Part shown: positions 24,484-37,062 of the stretch, piece after piece
Numbering within the stretch: position 1 is the first letter of the stretch
Layout of the letters: each line of letters begins with the position of its first letter
Assembly (NCBI GenBank): GCA_043228905.1
Contig: JBHGNT010000001.1
Span: forward strand, 13,516,001-13,580,000
Source: Azolla caroliniana
Lineage: Eukaryota; Plantae; Polypodiophyta
Reading direction: 5' to 3'
DNA: 64,000 bases
Translations under genes and position numbers: made by a program
The notes under the pieces: model-generated
What the model was told of the DNA's origin: nothing
Databases searched by the model: none
Seen by the model: the letters and a program-made list of their open reading frames with translations, nothing else

Positions 24484-27400
24484 TGTGGTGGTCACATGGA
24501 CCACACCTAGATTAGGCCCCTACCAAGCCTCATGCACCACACCCAAACTAGGCCCCCACCAAGCCCCATAATTAGTAGAGCTAATTGGAGCGGGAGAACA
24601 CCCTCCACGCTAAGAGAGAGTCTATAAAATGTAACTTGAGACATAATGAAAAGAGGGCTATTCTTGAGAGCATTTCACATCTTGAGCATTTCACATCTTG
24701 GTGGAGAAGACGGGCCTAGCCACCCCAACTCACGACCCCAACAACGCCCGCCACGATGCAACACAACAACAACGACGGCAACGCAAACTTGATGAATCCG
24801 GAATTCCTACAACACAATCAAGGACACCAGCCCACATCGCCAATCGACCAACTGGTTCAAGCTCTGTCCAACATCATTTTACAAGTTAACCATACTAACC
24901 AAGCCATGTTGTCCTTTCTTTCAGCACGATCCAAGCCACAACAAAATCTCCCGGACTCTCGAGTTCGCCCAAAACCGTTCTCCGGCCTACCATCGGAAGA
25001 CGTCCTCTCTTGGCTGGATCATTTCGAAATGGTGGCCAGTTACCACCAGTGGCCACACCCTCGGAAGGCAATGGAGATGAAGACACTCCTCGAGAATATC
25101 GCGGCAACATGGCTTGTACAACAACCCGAAGAGACACGCAACGACTAGGATCTGTTACGGGCAGCCATGATTCAGAATTTTGCTCATCAAGACTCCCGCC
25201 AGACGGCCCTACAACAACTTGAGTCAATTACCCAACAACCACGCGAACCCATCACCCAGTTCGCGGTTCGTTTTGTGCAGATCCTACGCCGAGCTGACGC
25301 CAACATGTCGGAGGACATGAAGTTGTTTTTTTTCTGGCCGCGTATACGACATGACCTCCGCCGCCGTGTACGCGATCAAGGCCCGACGACACTACACGAA
25401 GCCATCCTCACTGCCCAACGCATCGAAGCTGCAGACGCGCACGACATGCACACACCAGGTAATCTCAGTCATGATCATACAAACACTATACCAGCCGTCA
25501 CTCCCATGGACATCAACATCCAGAACGCGCAATTACGTGCCAAGCGTGCATTGCCCGAACGAGACAGCCAGGGACGCCCCAAATGTTTCTACTGCAACAA
25601 CTATGGCCACATTCGGCGTCACTGCCGAAAGTGGCAGAATCACCAACAGAAGCAGAACGTCCAATTGGCTGACGCTGCCTCCCTCTCTGAGCTCCCGGAA
25701 AACTAATGCGCGGGGTGCCGCAGGGAGAGCCGCCCCCGCACGTCCACGTCTCCACGTCCTCAACTTCTCCCGTTTCTCCCACGATCGAGCTGCCCCCGCA
25801 CGTCCACGCCTCCACTTCATCAACTTCGCCCGTTTGTACCACAATCGCCCACCTCCAGCACACGACCCAAGAAGTTCTCCTCGACTCTGGCAGCAGCATC
25901 TCTTCCATCAGCGCAGATTTAGTCACCCAATTACAACTTCCCACGAGCCACGCACCGCCCATTAAAATCCTCTTCCGCGACCAACAACGGGTGTACCACT
26001 CACATACGCAAGTCAGGTGCATGCTCACCATTAGTTCCGCCCAGATCCACCATCGTTTCTACGTCCTCCCGCGCCAGTTGTTCCCAATCACCTTGGGATG
26101 TGATTGGTCCTCCATAGTCGAGCCTGTCTCGATTTCTCCGCACAACAGCTCATCCTCCCAAATCACATTCCGATCGCGCTCTTCACTAGTCCGCGGGATA
26201 CCACCCACATCAGCAACACACAGTACCTGATATCACCGGCGGAGCGCATCAACGACATCGGACGGCTCCTCGCCACCTTTCCCTCGTTGTCTACACCACC
26301 TGTAAAACCTCCCTCGGTCCGTTTTCCGATTCACCACACGATTCCTACAGGCAACGCCCGCCCCATCAACGCAGCTCCCCGACGTCGCTTGCCTCTCGAC
26401 CACGAGCGCATCGACAACGCCGTCAAAACTATGCTCCAACAAGGGATTATCACACCTTCCAAGAGCGAGTGGATCTCGGAGCCACACATGGTAAAGAAAG
26501 GGGATGGTTCTTACCGCTTTTGTGTCGACTTCCGACAACTGAACCATGTCACCACCCATGACCGATACCCTCTCCCTCGTATCGATGACCTCCTCGACCA
26601 GCTTGGCAAATCAAAGTACTTCACCTCCCTCGATCTAGCCTCGGGATATTGGCAGATCCCGATGAATCCTCACGATGCCCACAAAACTGCATTCCGCACT
26701 AGGAAAGGCATTTTTCAGTTCACACGGATGCCCTTTGGCCTATCTGATGCGGGGAGCACATTCCAACGAATGGCTAATGCCATCTTCGATGATCTCATCA
26801 CCCGTCGTCTCGTCATCGTCTATCTAGACGATATTCTGGTACATACAAGCACTTGGGCAGAACACCTTCAAGTCCTTCGGGAGGTCCTAACTTGTGTTCA
26901 ACGCTATCGATTGCAGCTGCAATGGAAGAAGTGCCGATGGGGTAGTACGTGCCTCCGCTTCCTTGGGTACGTCATCTCCTCCGACGGAATACAAATGGAC
27001 CCGGAGAAGACAGAAGCAGTCCAAAAATTCCCACGCCCCACCACAGTCAAGCAGCTTCAACGCTTCCTCGACCTCCTCACGTTCTCTCTTCGTTTCATCC
27101 CACGGCTAGCCGACCTGTCAGCCCCACTACGCGCGCTCCTACAAAAAGACGCACCCTTCCTGTGGACCGAAGCCTGCGAATCCAGCTTCCTACAGCTCAA
27201 GAGAACACTCCAAGCCTCTGACCTCCTGGCCCACCCTGATTTCACGAAGCCTTTCCATCTGCAGACGGATGCCTCCAATGTCGGCCTTGGTGCGGTCCTG
27301 CTCCAATCCGACGACAACGACCAACTCCGCCCGATTGCCTACATCAGTCGGTCACTTACCAAAGCCGAACAAAATTACTCGACAACTGAAAAAGAGTTCC

Positions 27401-29254
27401 TCGCCATCGTCTGGGCATTCCATCGTTTCCACCCATACCTTCACGGATCAAATACATCAGTCGAAACCGACCATCAGCCATTGCTCTCCCTCATAAAGAA
27501 GGCTCATCCACTCGGTCGCTTACTTCGTTGGGTTTTGGCGCTACAGGATTACACATTCACTCTGCGCTATCGCCATGGTCCACAAAACATCGTCGCCGAT
27601 GGATTATCCCGCATATCCTTTCAGGCGAACCAGATCACCTCCAACACAATCGATTTCCCCATATTCTCGTCCCAAATGGCCAACATGCAACAACACGACA
27701 AACAAATCCAAGATATCTGCCACCGCCTACGAGCTGAACCGACATCATCCCTCACCAAGCAATTCATGATCCAGGATAATGTCCTACTTTTTTGTCAAGT
27801 AGGCAAAGAACCCCGAGTCTACGTGCCTGAGCAACTACGCCAGTCTTACCTTCGTTTCTTCCACGATCACCCGTTGTCCGGCCACTTGGGTTTTCATAAG
27901 GTGCTCGACAAAATTCGTCGCAAATTCTATTGGCCTGGGCTACGCCACGAGGTCGCCTCCTACATCAAAGCATGCAACTTATGTCAGGCCATCAAATCAC
28001 CTCAAGTGGCTCAAGGCCTCTTACATCCGATACAAGTTCAAGCTCCATTTGAAATCGTCGGATGGGACATTATGGGCCCCTTTCCCGAGTCACAAGGAGG
28101 GAACAAATTCATCCTCGTCATCACCGAGTACTTGACGCGTTGGGCTGAGACGGCCACTATCCCAGATGCAAAGGCTATGACCATCGCCTCCAAACTATTG
28201 GAGAAAATCATCTTCCCCCACGGTTGCCCACTCCAAATCTTGTCCGATTGAGGACCCCAGTTCAACGGTGAGCTCCTACGCCTCGTTTCAACACAACTAG
28301 GAATCCAACAGTTATTCACGTCACCCTACCATCCGCAAACGAATGGGTTGACGGAGCACCTCAATCAAACCTTAAAACAACAAATCTCAGCCTACATCGA
28401 TCCGCTGCACTCAACCTGGGACCGAATCTTGCCCTTCGTTACGCATGCCTACAACACAACTGTGCAAGCCTCTACCCGCATTAGCCCATTTCGGGCCCTT
28501 TACGGAAGGGACCCGCGCTTACCCCCAGAAGTGGCAGTCCCGCAACCAACCACACGACTCCACGCTGACGCAGTGTCTTGGTGGTCCCACCTACAACAAC
28601 TCCAGCCCCTCCTCCGCAAAGCCATCACGAGCAACCTGCACCAGGCACAACTACGCCAAAAACGACAACACGATATAGGCCGTGTCGACCATCAATACCA
28701 CGTCGATGACAAAGTCCTCGTCTACTTCCCCATCCGTCGTCGCGGTCTCAGCGAATCGCTCATGCACCGATGGATCGGTCCCTTCGAAGTTCAAAAGCAG
28801 ATACGCGACACTACATACCTGCTCCGCCGCGCCTCCAACAACCGCTCTACCTTTGCTCACCAGTCTCGCATGAAGCCCTTCCATCAACTACCACCGCCCC
28901 CGCCCACACTCATGCCTACGCCCACGCCCGTGTCATCCCCCCGTCTGGAACCGTCGTCCACGCCTCGTCGCGCTTCGACTGCACAGTAACTTTTTTTTTA
29001 CAAGGGGGAATTGTGGTGGTCACATGGACCACACCTAGATTAGGCCCCTACCAAGCCTCATGCACCACACATAGACCACACCCAAATTAGGCCCCTACCA
29101 AGCCTTATGCACCACACCCAAACTAGGCCCCCACCAAGCCCCATAATTAGTAGAGCTAATTGGAGCGGGAGAACACCCTCCACGCTAAGAGAGAGTCTAT
29201 AAAATGTAACTTGAGACATAATGAAAAGAGGGCTATTCTTGAGAGCATTTCACA
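24484..29254 (+). mobile_element. full-length Ty3/gypsy retrotransposon with short LTRs, no chromodomain
   Basis: LTRs 24484-24679 and 29012-29254, 4-bp TSD ATAT, PBS TGGTGGAGA (tRNA-Ala-like) at 24699, PPT AAGGGGGAA. Gag CCHC, PR LLDSGS, RT YLDDIL, RH QTDAS, INT HDHP..GH / YHPQTNG. Confidence 0.97.
24756..28989 (+). pseudogene. gypsy gag and pol, lightly disrupted
   Basis: Stops at 25146-25148 and 28249-28251 and one frameshift near 26105. Gag and pol are in different frames (-1). Confidence 0.9.
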
Positions 29255-31282
29255 ATATCAAAATTGTAAGGATAAAACAAGGGTAAATAAAAATTGCTGA
29301 AATACGAGAATCAAACAAAAACTTCTTGTTGGATTAGATGAAACTTATGATTGATGAGTACATTCGTTGGATGTATTGTCCTCTTTTTTCTAGTGTTTGC
29401 CACCATCTTGATGCCCATTGTCTTCCTTAGAGCGCGACGTATTTGGCAAAGACATGCTAGTAATGATCCCCGTTAAGCGTGATATGTCCATCTTCCATCT
29501 TTCTTGTCCATTTACTTCTAAAACTCCCTCTTGCAAAATGCATGCAAACATTTAGAAGAGAAGAAGTTTGGCTCCATGCATGCAATGGAAGAACAAAAGA
29601 AAAAACAATAAAAAGTGTACAAAAATACCTTGCAAGTAGTTATTTGGTAAGATCCAATTTTCGTGATTACCTTGCAAGTTTTGCCTTTGAATATTCGAAG
29701 TTGGTTTCAAGGTTTAACAAGGTTAGATAATTGTAAACGGGTTAGATGTAGATCGCACAGATCGCAACCAGGTTAGAATTTATGGTCAAGTTAGAATGTA
29801 CACATAATATTTGATATTATTAAAACATTCTTCTTAGCAAAGATCTTCTACACATCTTGAGCAACACCAACCACGCTCTATTTCCACGATTTAACTTACA
29901 AGTCATAAGCTTTTACATAAGCAATTAACCAAGACATGCAATATCAGAATTGCTTATTTCAATAGTGTTCCTAATGCCAATAGATGTGATATCCTAGATT
30001 GGAGTGAGTAGATGTATGCTCTGGTTGTAGCCGCACCAATCTTGGGCCCTATGCAAGCATCGAAACACATTTCAATCAACGGTTCCACTTTGATGGAGAT
30101 CAAGACGACACATTGTCAAGGGCCATTCCAATGCTAATGTCAATCAATGGTTGAGTTGTCCACCTAAAGCAAGACATCATGGAGACTAATGCACATAATA
30201 TTTTTTGTATCGTTGAGTTCTTGCCTCTACTCTTCTTTCATGGATCAAGAGTTGGCCTAAGACAAAATCCTCTCAAAACAAGCTCCCAAGTCTAGGGTGT
30301 CTAGGTGCCATTGATGGATGTCCTATTGCACAAGGAGATACAATCGAAGGTTTGAGCCAAACAAAAAAATTCTCTTTTCATTCTCCCCATAAAATTCTGA
30401 GAGCCAACCATTAAAGTTTCACATGTCTCCCATGAAAATTAGCACACTCTTGGAGCATCGGCTTGCGTCATTACTCTATCAATCTTCAACACCATGGTAG
30501 GTATTAGGTAACTTATTGTCTCTCGACATTAGAGTTCACGTTCCTTCATGGATTATTGAGAATGAAAAGGTTCATCATTCAAAATAGATATGGTTTATCA
30601 TTGATGTCATATCTTTTAGAATGTTTGAGTATGGCCAAATACTTTAGAAAGCTAGATTTTCAAGATGGATACAACCTTCTTTGGATTTTTCTAAAGGAGG
30701 TTGAAAGGAAGATTGCTTTTCATACTTGGTATACATCTTTTGTTTATTTTATATGGGGTAATAAAGTTTTAAAAAAACAACCTTTTCTAGTATTTCTTTG
30801 ATATCTTCACTATAGTTTATCTTGATCTACTCAATGACTCAAGAGGAGCATGTTGTCCACAATTTGCCTTATTATTGTCAAATTTCTGCTACAAGTTCAT
30901 TATAATTAATGAAAGATCCAATTGCCTCTCATGCAACTTACATAAAGAGAAACAACTAATTTACTCAAATTTCATGTTAAACCATAATTCTATAAAAACC
31001 ATATTCCATTAATTGAATTCATTTTCGAATACTTTCACATATTCTACCATTTATAATTGCCAATTTTCTAAAAAGAGTAAAAAAAGAGAGAATTGGGAGT
31101 ATTTTGACAACACAACTCTAATTTGTTGTCATCATCAAGTCTTCACATTGTCACTATGATCTAAGAAAAGTATTTTGATAATTTTACTAATGACCTCTCA
31201 ATTGAATATGCATATTGTTGCCAAGATCTTATAAAAGTGTGCAAATACATGTCAAGATCCAACTTGTTGCTATTGATATTAG

Positions 31283-31610
31283 AGGTATTCTATGTATTTA
31301 ACACATCATAATCTTTAAAATATATATTCCAAGTACTTGCAAAAACATGTAGAGTGCTTGATAAATACTTAGCATATGTATTGGTACAATCAAGTTCTCG
31401 AAAAGCTTAAAGGAGGTATTATATGTATTTAACACATCATAATCTTTAAAATATATATTCCAAGTACTCACAAAAACATGTAAAGTGCTTGATAAATACT
31501 TCTTTTTTTCCAAAATGAAGCTACTTTCCCAATAGTTAGGAAGGAAAGTGCTTGATAAATACTTAGCATATGTATTAGTACAATCAAGTTCTCTAAAAGC
31601 TTAAAGGAGT
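31283..31610. repeat. ~131-bp tandem repeat, about 2.5 copies
   Basis: ggtatt.tatgtatttaacacatcataatc...gtgcttgataaatactt recurs. Confidence 0.85.
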
Positions 31611-31709
31611 GATAACATATCCCCCCAGGTTGATGAACGCAAGTAATCTTCAAACATTGTTATTTTTATTATTCAAACTTGTCTATTATTATTATTATTG
31701 TAATTAGCT

Positions 31710-31890
31710 TACCCTAGTGGTATGTTACACTACAAGCCCTATGTCTTTTTGGGTTCAAAACCCAAATTTCTCACCTCCCTGTTACTTCATACATATCTCA
31801 TAATTCACTAGATGCCATTATGGAATGTAGGGGTTGAACCTATGACCTCCTGGTCTCCATTTGGCAACCTTACCCACTAAATGAGTTGCC
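31710..31890. other. two convergent degenerate tRNA-like (SINE-head-like) motifs
   Basis: Plus strand tagtggta...gggttcaaaaccc; minus strand tagtggg...accaggaggtcataggttcaacccc (A/B-box spacing). Confidence 0.4.
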
Positions 31891-34713
31891 ATAGATTAGA
31901 AGAAATGGGTAGTTAAATATAGTTCCACTTCATTTACGAAAGTTTGAAGTTGCATAATTAAAATACGAGATTCATGAGCTAGTGGCCTGGCTACGTGGAC
32001 GGTATGACTCGATTCAGGAGGAATTGGATTAAGCAGAAAGGACAAGGTTTAAGTTCTTGCTGAAATGGGGTGGTTCTCCCATGATGGTCAAATCTTCAAC
32101 GAGGCCTAAGTGGAACCACTAGGCGCCTATGTGGTTGTTTCCACCAATGGTTCCCAATATTGTACATGGGATGTAAATATGTCGGTATAGCTGATAAAAG
32201 AGTATGTTTGGATGAGTAGAGATGGTGTAAAATGGGATTTGTTTCAGTTTTGGTGGGGATAAGGGCCGCATGAGTTTTGTTGGGGTTTTTTTGTTGGTTT
32301 TGGAGTTGTTCCTTTGTGTTGTATATATTGATCCCATTGTGGATTCGAGTTGAATGTTGTTGTATTTAGTTTGCTGACTAATGCGAAGTAGTGTATTTTT
32401 TGGAAAAATAAAAATAGGATATTCATGTCCAAGAGTTGCTAGTGATTATGGATTCTTTTGAGTAGTGGAGCCACTTTGAGGAAGATTCTCATCACTAGAT
32501 CATTGTGTTCTTGGGTTCTAGTTTGCTATGACTTATGGTAGCTAATGTCTTTGAAGTACTTATGGCCTCAAGCATTCTTGATTCCATTTATATAGATATT
32601 TGTATAGAGAATAAACCCCAATGTGTCTTAGATCATATTGTTCTAAAATGTGCTTTTTTATTGAGTTTTAGGTAGCCTCAAATAGCTAAAACAATTCACT
32701 CAACACGATGGCTTTAATCCTTTGAAATAGTCATCACAGTATGTCTTATGACAATTCTTGATTAGTTTAGTCATCTATATGGTTTTTTTTAAGTATTGTC
32801 ATGATACACTAACATTTAAGCATTTTAGGGTCTACAAGTCTTTACAATTAGTTAACCAAATGTATTGGTCTCCCAAGCTTCATAATTTCATTGAAGACTA
32901 TGTTTGATTTTGTGATGTATATTGTTGATCTAAGATTCCTTAACATCGTCTATATGGGTTATTGTAGCCATTACAATTTTTGATGGCCCATGCACACCCA
33001 TATGTTTGGGTTAATTATAAATCTATCATCTTTCAAGGGTTTTGATATTATCCTTGCGATGGTAGATCAACTAACCAAGACGACACATTATCTTCCATGC
33101 ACCAAGACTATATTGACATTGTGGCATAGAATACAAAAATTAAAATGGTGTTGGGAAGCGTATACCATGTGTGCTAGTTTAATGTGTATACCATGTGCAC
33201 CATCAAATTTAATAACCAACACTAATTTAACATCATTTTATTTGACATTCACGTTTAATGCCCATACATCATTTCTCACATTTTACCATTTCTCACATGT
33301 CGATGATACATTATAAATATCGTTTGACACATAAGAAGAAATTATTTGTCTGCAATCTCCCTTCATTATTGTGCAATTGGATTCTTGAAATAGTTTCCTT
33401 CTCCAAATTAAACAATGGGCTTCCTTATTCATAAATGTGGATTATATGTATATTATTATGTTGAATCTCTATAATTGAAATATGATGTTAGGTCAAACAT
33501 GTGCATACAAGTGAAATTAAATAAGTTATGTTATAGTTACATTTGTTGTCTCCGAACTATCGATAATGTATGTATCTATGTGAGGTATAACCATATTAAT
33601 AACAAGAAAGTATTAGGCAAACATGAAGTGATCAATAATGAAATATCACAAGACAATAGGAAAAAAGAATTGCATCCGTCCTTTACTCTTCAATGTTTGT
33701 CCTTAGATTGATATCTCATGTAAGTTGTGTGATTCTTTTGCACATTGGTTTCAATATTGCACATAAACAAAAGCGTGTAGAATATTATACAGTTCCATCA
33801 TATGTATTTAATTGTGCACGACAAGTTCCTTGTCTTTGATGTGACACCCATAAATTAAAGATGTTTGCAGAGGTTACGCTATAGGCGGAACCTTTCGTAA
33901 TATTGTAATCCACACACGTACAAATAGGCAAGCAAATACTACAATCAAAATGGGCTTATGAAGACAAGAAAAATAGTTGCAAGAGGCCGTTAATTCAAAA
34001 TAGCTAATAAACAAAATAAAGTCCAACGTTTCATTAACATGCATGCCAATCCCTCTGCAATTATGAAGAATGATGGGTGATACCTTGAGCACACATTGTT
34101 AAATGGATGCAACCTATTCGACGATTAGTGCAAACATGGTACAAAGGAGGGGTTGGAGACTTGCAAACATAGGACAGATTGTAGAGTCAAGCACACACAA
34201 AGAGTGCATAACATAAATTTGAGCAAATTTCACTAATAATGGTAGAGAGAGACTGTGTCATCCATATGAACAAAACAATTTTTCACCACGTCCAAGGAAA
34301 ATGTAGAAGAGTAATAAGAAGAAGATGAAGATGAAGATGAAGGGAATCAAGAGGGTTACTACTATTCTGTATAATATACATACATATTTTTTGTAATGTG
34401 AGCGGTTGAAAGTGTTTTTATCCACAAAAGGCGTACTTTTGGTATGTGTGTCCACAAAAAGCGCATTGGCTTACGTGTTTTTATATTATCTATAGATAGC
34501 ATTATTGTGTCAAGCAAAAAGGGATGTGGGGTAGGGGGACACTTTTGCAAATAGCCAAAATGGAATTCGCTATCCACATGGCAAACAATTTTGGTTAATG
34601 AACTAGCTAGCACTCCTCGTCAATGTTTTCACACATCTTTGTTACACCATACATACACTATGTTTCGTAAAAGAGAGATAACCTATCTACATACATGTAT
34701 ATCGAGCTACCGA

Positions 34714-34715
<2 letters not shown>

Positions 34716-34758
<43 letters not shown>
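34716..34758. repeat. (AC)n microsatellite
   Basis: Directly visible. Confidence 0.95.
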
Positions 34759-34763
<5 letters not shown>

Positions 34764-35102
34764 CCTAGACGGCCATGAGTTTCAATCTTTATATACATAT
34801 GTTACAGCATCTCTGTTGCAGCACACAACATTTTGTCATAAAAACAACACAAGCCATCCAAGTGTGTGTATGAAGTCCATTGGACTCCAAAACCTTCATC
34901 ATGGAGGTGATTGCGAGTTCTTGCAATAAGGCAATGGGACAAAGACTTGTATAAATCTTCGTATATAGATTTTCTAGTAAGATCTACATGATGCATTGGG
35001 CGGGCGGGATGTTCCTCCCGCCCACCCGCCTTTAGTCCCTTGGTCTCCACAATGGTGACATTAGCCATATGTGGTTATATGGGCCCCCATCCCATGGCCT
35101 CA

Positions 35103-35150
<48 letters not shown>

Positions 35151-35256
35151 TCTCTCTTTGTTTTCTTCTTCTCCTTTGGTTGCTTCCTTCTCTCCTTTGC
35201 TTTCTTTCTCCCTCTTTCTTTCTTTCTTTCTTTCTTTCTTCTTGTCTCACCCAGCT

Positions 35257-37062
35257 ATGGCGGACCTTCAGAACCCATACCTGCTCCCCTACCCCTGCAA
35301 CATCGACTCCAACCTTTCAACCCAACATATTTGGCGAGCTCTTTCCTCCCTCTGGGATGCCCTTCTACCTTTTGCTCTCCTCTGGTGGAACATCATGCTC
35401 TCTGCTACCTGCGCTAAGTACTATTCATGGCGCAGAATGATCCACGTATCCCCTTCTTCCTCCCATGGCCTTTGCTTCGCCAATTCACCTCCTCCCTGTT
35501 ATTCTGTTTCTGATCAGATCGTTGCAGACAGCCAACGTCAGGGTGACATATCTACCAATCCATCTTTTTCTTATTCTGATGACTCTGTAGATGATGTTGT
35601 TGATAATCATGATGATGATGGTGATGGTGAAGCCATAATAACGAAGTTAGGTTGGCTATACTGTCATAGCCATCAATTATATGGTGAAGACTCAAGCCTT
35701 TCTGTTTCTGAAGTCAATTCTTCTTCGACGCAGGGAAAATATAGTGATGAGGATGAGGACGAGGACGAGGATGAGAAGCCATTGCGAACTTGCAGTGAAG
35801 CTTCCACTTCCCAAAGTCTTGCAGCAAATTTGAAGATAGAAGAGAACTTTAGACCTTCTGTTAACTTGAACGGAGATGGGTTCTCTATCAGATCAGAGTC
35901 AAACAACACTAGAAATATGCTTTCCTCTCTCTGTGTCTCCACCTCTGAGGGAAAATCCAGTTATACAACGTCAACCGAAATATCATGCCTTCTACCATCA
36001 ATACTTTCATGCACAAAGCTTTCTTACCTTTCTCTGCAGAACAAAGCACAGGCTTCTTATTTGTCTTCTTCTGGTTCAGCAGTTTGTGTACAAGAAACCA
36101 CTGCACCTATTCCTCCTGATTTCTGTAATGAAGATCATGCCCTTACTAAGGGCAACGCCGGCCAGAATTCAAGATTACAAATAGAAAGACCTTTGCTTCG
36201 TTATAATAACTCTAGACCTACTGTTGGGTATAACCTCTGGCGTGTGCACAGCAAGTTCTTACCTCGATTATGTTATGTAAAAGAATCCAGCCAAGTGATT
36301 GAGATATTGAATGATCAAACTCTCACATGTGTGCATAACAAACAATTTTCTTTTCCGGCTGCCAAATCAACCATGAAATTTAGACCTATATATCTGGATG
36401 AAGCAAAATCATGGCTATCCATAGTAAACAACATTGCTGTTAATTGTACAGATTTAGTTCATTTTCCTGTTTTCGAACATGACCTAAGTTTAGGGCTAGA
36501 AGTAAACCTCCCACCTAAAAAGGTTTCTTCGCACATGTATAATGTAAGAGATGAAGACGAGGATGCATCAACTAGCACTAGTTATTTAAATGGTGGAGAA
36601 CTTGAATCATTCTCACTCTCACAAGCTGATCAGATCATCAATCGTGATGTTGCTGCTGCTAAAGAAGAAGTCAATGTTTTGAATGGTGGTCATTTTACCA
36701 ACGAAGACAATGGCTTGTACGTTGCTTTTAATGAGTTCTATACTGCTTATGTTGGAGGTGGTGTATCATATAACACGCCTAATGGCACTGACTTTAATGA
36801 TGGTGCTGATTCTTCTCATAGTAGCCAAGATGATGAATATGTTGCTGATGGTAATGCCTCTTATGCTGAAGAACCTCACAATGATAACGATGTATCTTTC
36901 CATGATGGTGACATTCTTCACTACAATCCCTGGAATGACAAGTTTGATGGTAATGCAAATCATCACAATGCATCTGCAACATGGTGGGATGAAGATGCAA
37001 TCTTCATAGCAGAAGGGGAAGGTGGGGATGACACAATGGATCAAGCTTGGCTCATTGTTTAG
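35257..37062 (+). CDS. uncharacterised 601-aa protein (Ser/Asp-rich, acidic C-terminus)
   Basis: 1.8-kb uninterrupted ORF. ATG in gctATGG context after a (CT)n-rich 5'UTR-like tract; no recognised domain. Confidence 0.65.
   Translation: MADLQNPYLLPYPCNIDSNLSTQHIWRALSSLWDALLPFALLWWNIMLSATCAKYYSWRRMIHVSPSSSHGLCFANSPPPCYSVSDQIVADSQRQGDISTNPSFSYSDDSVDDVVDNHDDDGDGEAIITKLGWLYCHSHQLYGEDSSLSVSEVNSSSTQGKYSDEDEDEDEDEKPLRTCSEASTSQSLAANLKIEENFRPSVNLNGDGFSIRSESNNTRNMLSSLCVSTSEGKSSYTTSTEISCLLPSILSCTKLSYLSLQNKAQASYLSSSGSAVCVQETTAPIPPDFCNEDHALTKGNAGQNSRLQIERPLLRYNNSRPTVGYNLWRVHSKFLPRLCYVKESSQVIEILNDQTLTCVHNKQFSFPAAKSTMKFRPIYLDEAKSWLSIVNNIAVNCTDLVHFPVFEHDLSLGLEVNLPPKKVSSHMYNVRDEDEDASTSTSYLNGGELESFSLSQADQIINRDVAAAKEEVNVLNGGHFTNEDNGLYVAFNEFYTAYVGGGVSYNTPNGTDFNDGADSSHSSQDDEYVADGNASYAEEPHNDNDVSFHDGDILHYNPWNDKFDGNANHHNASATWWDEDAIFIAEGEGGDDTMDQAWLIV

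Larger units (their letters stand above)
30500..33120 (+). mobile_element. highly decayed chromovirus-type Ty3/gypsy pol relic
   Basis: AKYFRKLDFQDGYNL (RT) and GFDIILAMVDQLTKTTHYLPCTKT (INT) remnants. Confidence 0.7.

Noticed and set aside
35071-35256. N-terminal extension (SLSLSL...) of the 663-aa ORF
   Set aside because: Translation of a (CT)n 5'UTR-like microsatellite; the ATG at 35257 has better context.
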